Of a stretch of 64,000 bases of DNA, positions 63,321 through 64,000 are shown in pieces. Source of the stretch: Lepidodermella squamata (lineage: Eukaryota > Animalia > Gastrotricha); assembly GCA_047495785.1 (NCBI GenBank), contig JBLDXI010000034.1:930001-994000 (forward strand). Direction: 5' to 3'. Under the pieces are notes generated by a model. It was not told where the DNA came from and did no database searches. It saw only the letters and a list, made by a program, of their open reading frames with translations. Positions within the stretch are counted from its first letter, which is position 1. Each line of letters opens with the position of its first letter. A program made the translations under genes and the position numbers.

Positions 63321-64000
63321 AGTATTTGAGTTGGAGTATCTTCCAATTTGCGACATTTTACTGCACTCGAAAACAATGGATGAGTGACAAAAAATTAACC
63401 AAAACTTTTTTGGTTGTTAGGTTTTTGAAAATCATCAGGCGACCTTCGCGACCTCCAGCTGACTCGGCGACCCCTTCGTGGGACCCGATCCCAGTTTGAG
63501 TAGTCCTTGTTAGACAATTCGGAAATGTATCGGCCTCAAATCGAAATAGAGGGCGGGAATCGTTATTCTAAGCTTATTTCGGTATTTAAAGATAAGTATA
63601 TCAGTTTTAAGGTATTCATTTTGCCCGATTACCCGGAGAAATTTCGCGATTTACCGAATTTACTTTTGCATTCTGTACTTCTCCAAATTTGCTTATTTTC
63701 TATGTCGTACATTTCTCATCATTTCTGTAACCTTTTAAAGCCGTTAAGCGTATCTAGTCGAAATTTCAGGTTAGTATTGATTAACAAGATTTAATATGTA
63801 GTGTTTCAAACCTATTGTTTGTGCTATCTGTATAGTTTATGTTTGATTGGGATACTCTGTGAAACTAAGGTTTTCAATCGGTGTGCTTTTTCTAGAATGC
63901 TGCTCAGTGCGAAACGCGAACTGGCAAGAAGTGTTACAACATCTGCCCAGAAGGCTCCACCCAAGTAACTAGCCCGAATACTTGAATTTGACAGTATCGT

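Overview
Eukaryotic (invertebrate animal-type) genomic DNA with mostly ~50-65 nt GT-AG introns and an interstitial (TTAGGG)n tract; the ORF track misses several spliced genes that were rebuilt by hand. Genes in order: 3' part of a Cys-loop ligand-gated channel; two cathepsin L-like proteases interleaved with three small EF-hand-like genes; an 8-exon ELOVL elongase; a secreted Cys-rich peptide; a five-member array of secreted 'REEAEP' peptides, each with an inverted decaying copy sharing a palindromic upstream region; an orphan multi-pass membrane family (3 copies plus a ~1 kb inverted duplication); an intronless LRAT/PLAAT-domain-GTPase fusion ending in a CaaX box; a Cys-rich/LamG gene broken by a Tc1 MITE (with a paralog at the window end); and two tandem genes fusing two LamG/pentraxin-like domains to a complete pentameric ligand-gated ion channel. 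Mobile DNA includes a Penelope remnant with a hammerhead-like motif, a MITE carrying telomeric repeats, hAT and Tc1 MITEs, and a CACTA-like element nested in a MULE transposase. The best novelty candidates are the lectin-domain pLGICs, the LRAT-GTPase-CaaX protein and the palindromic peptide array. All domain calls come from motif recognition by eye; no searches were run.
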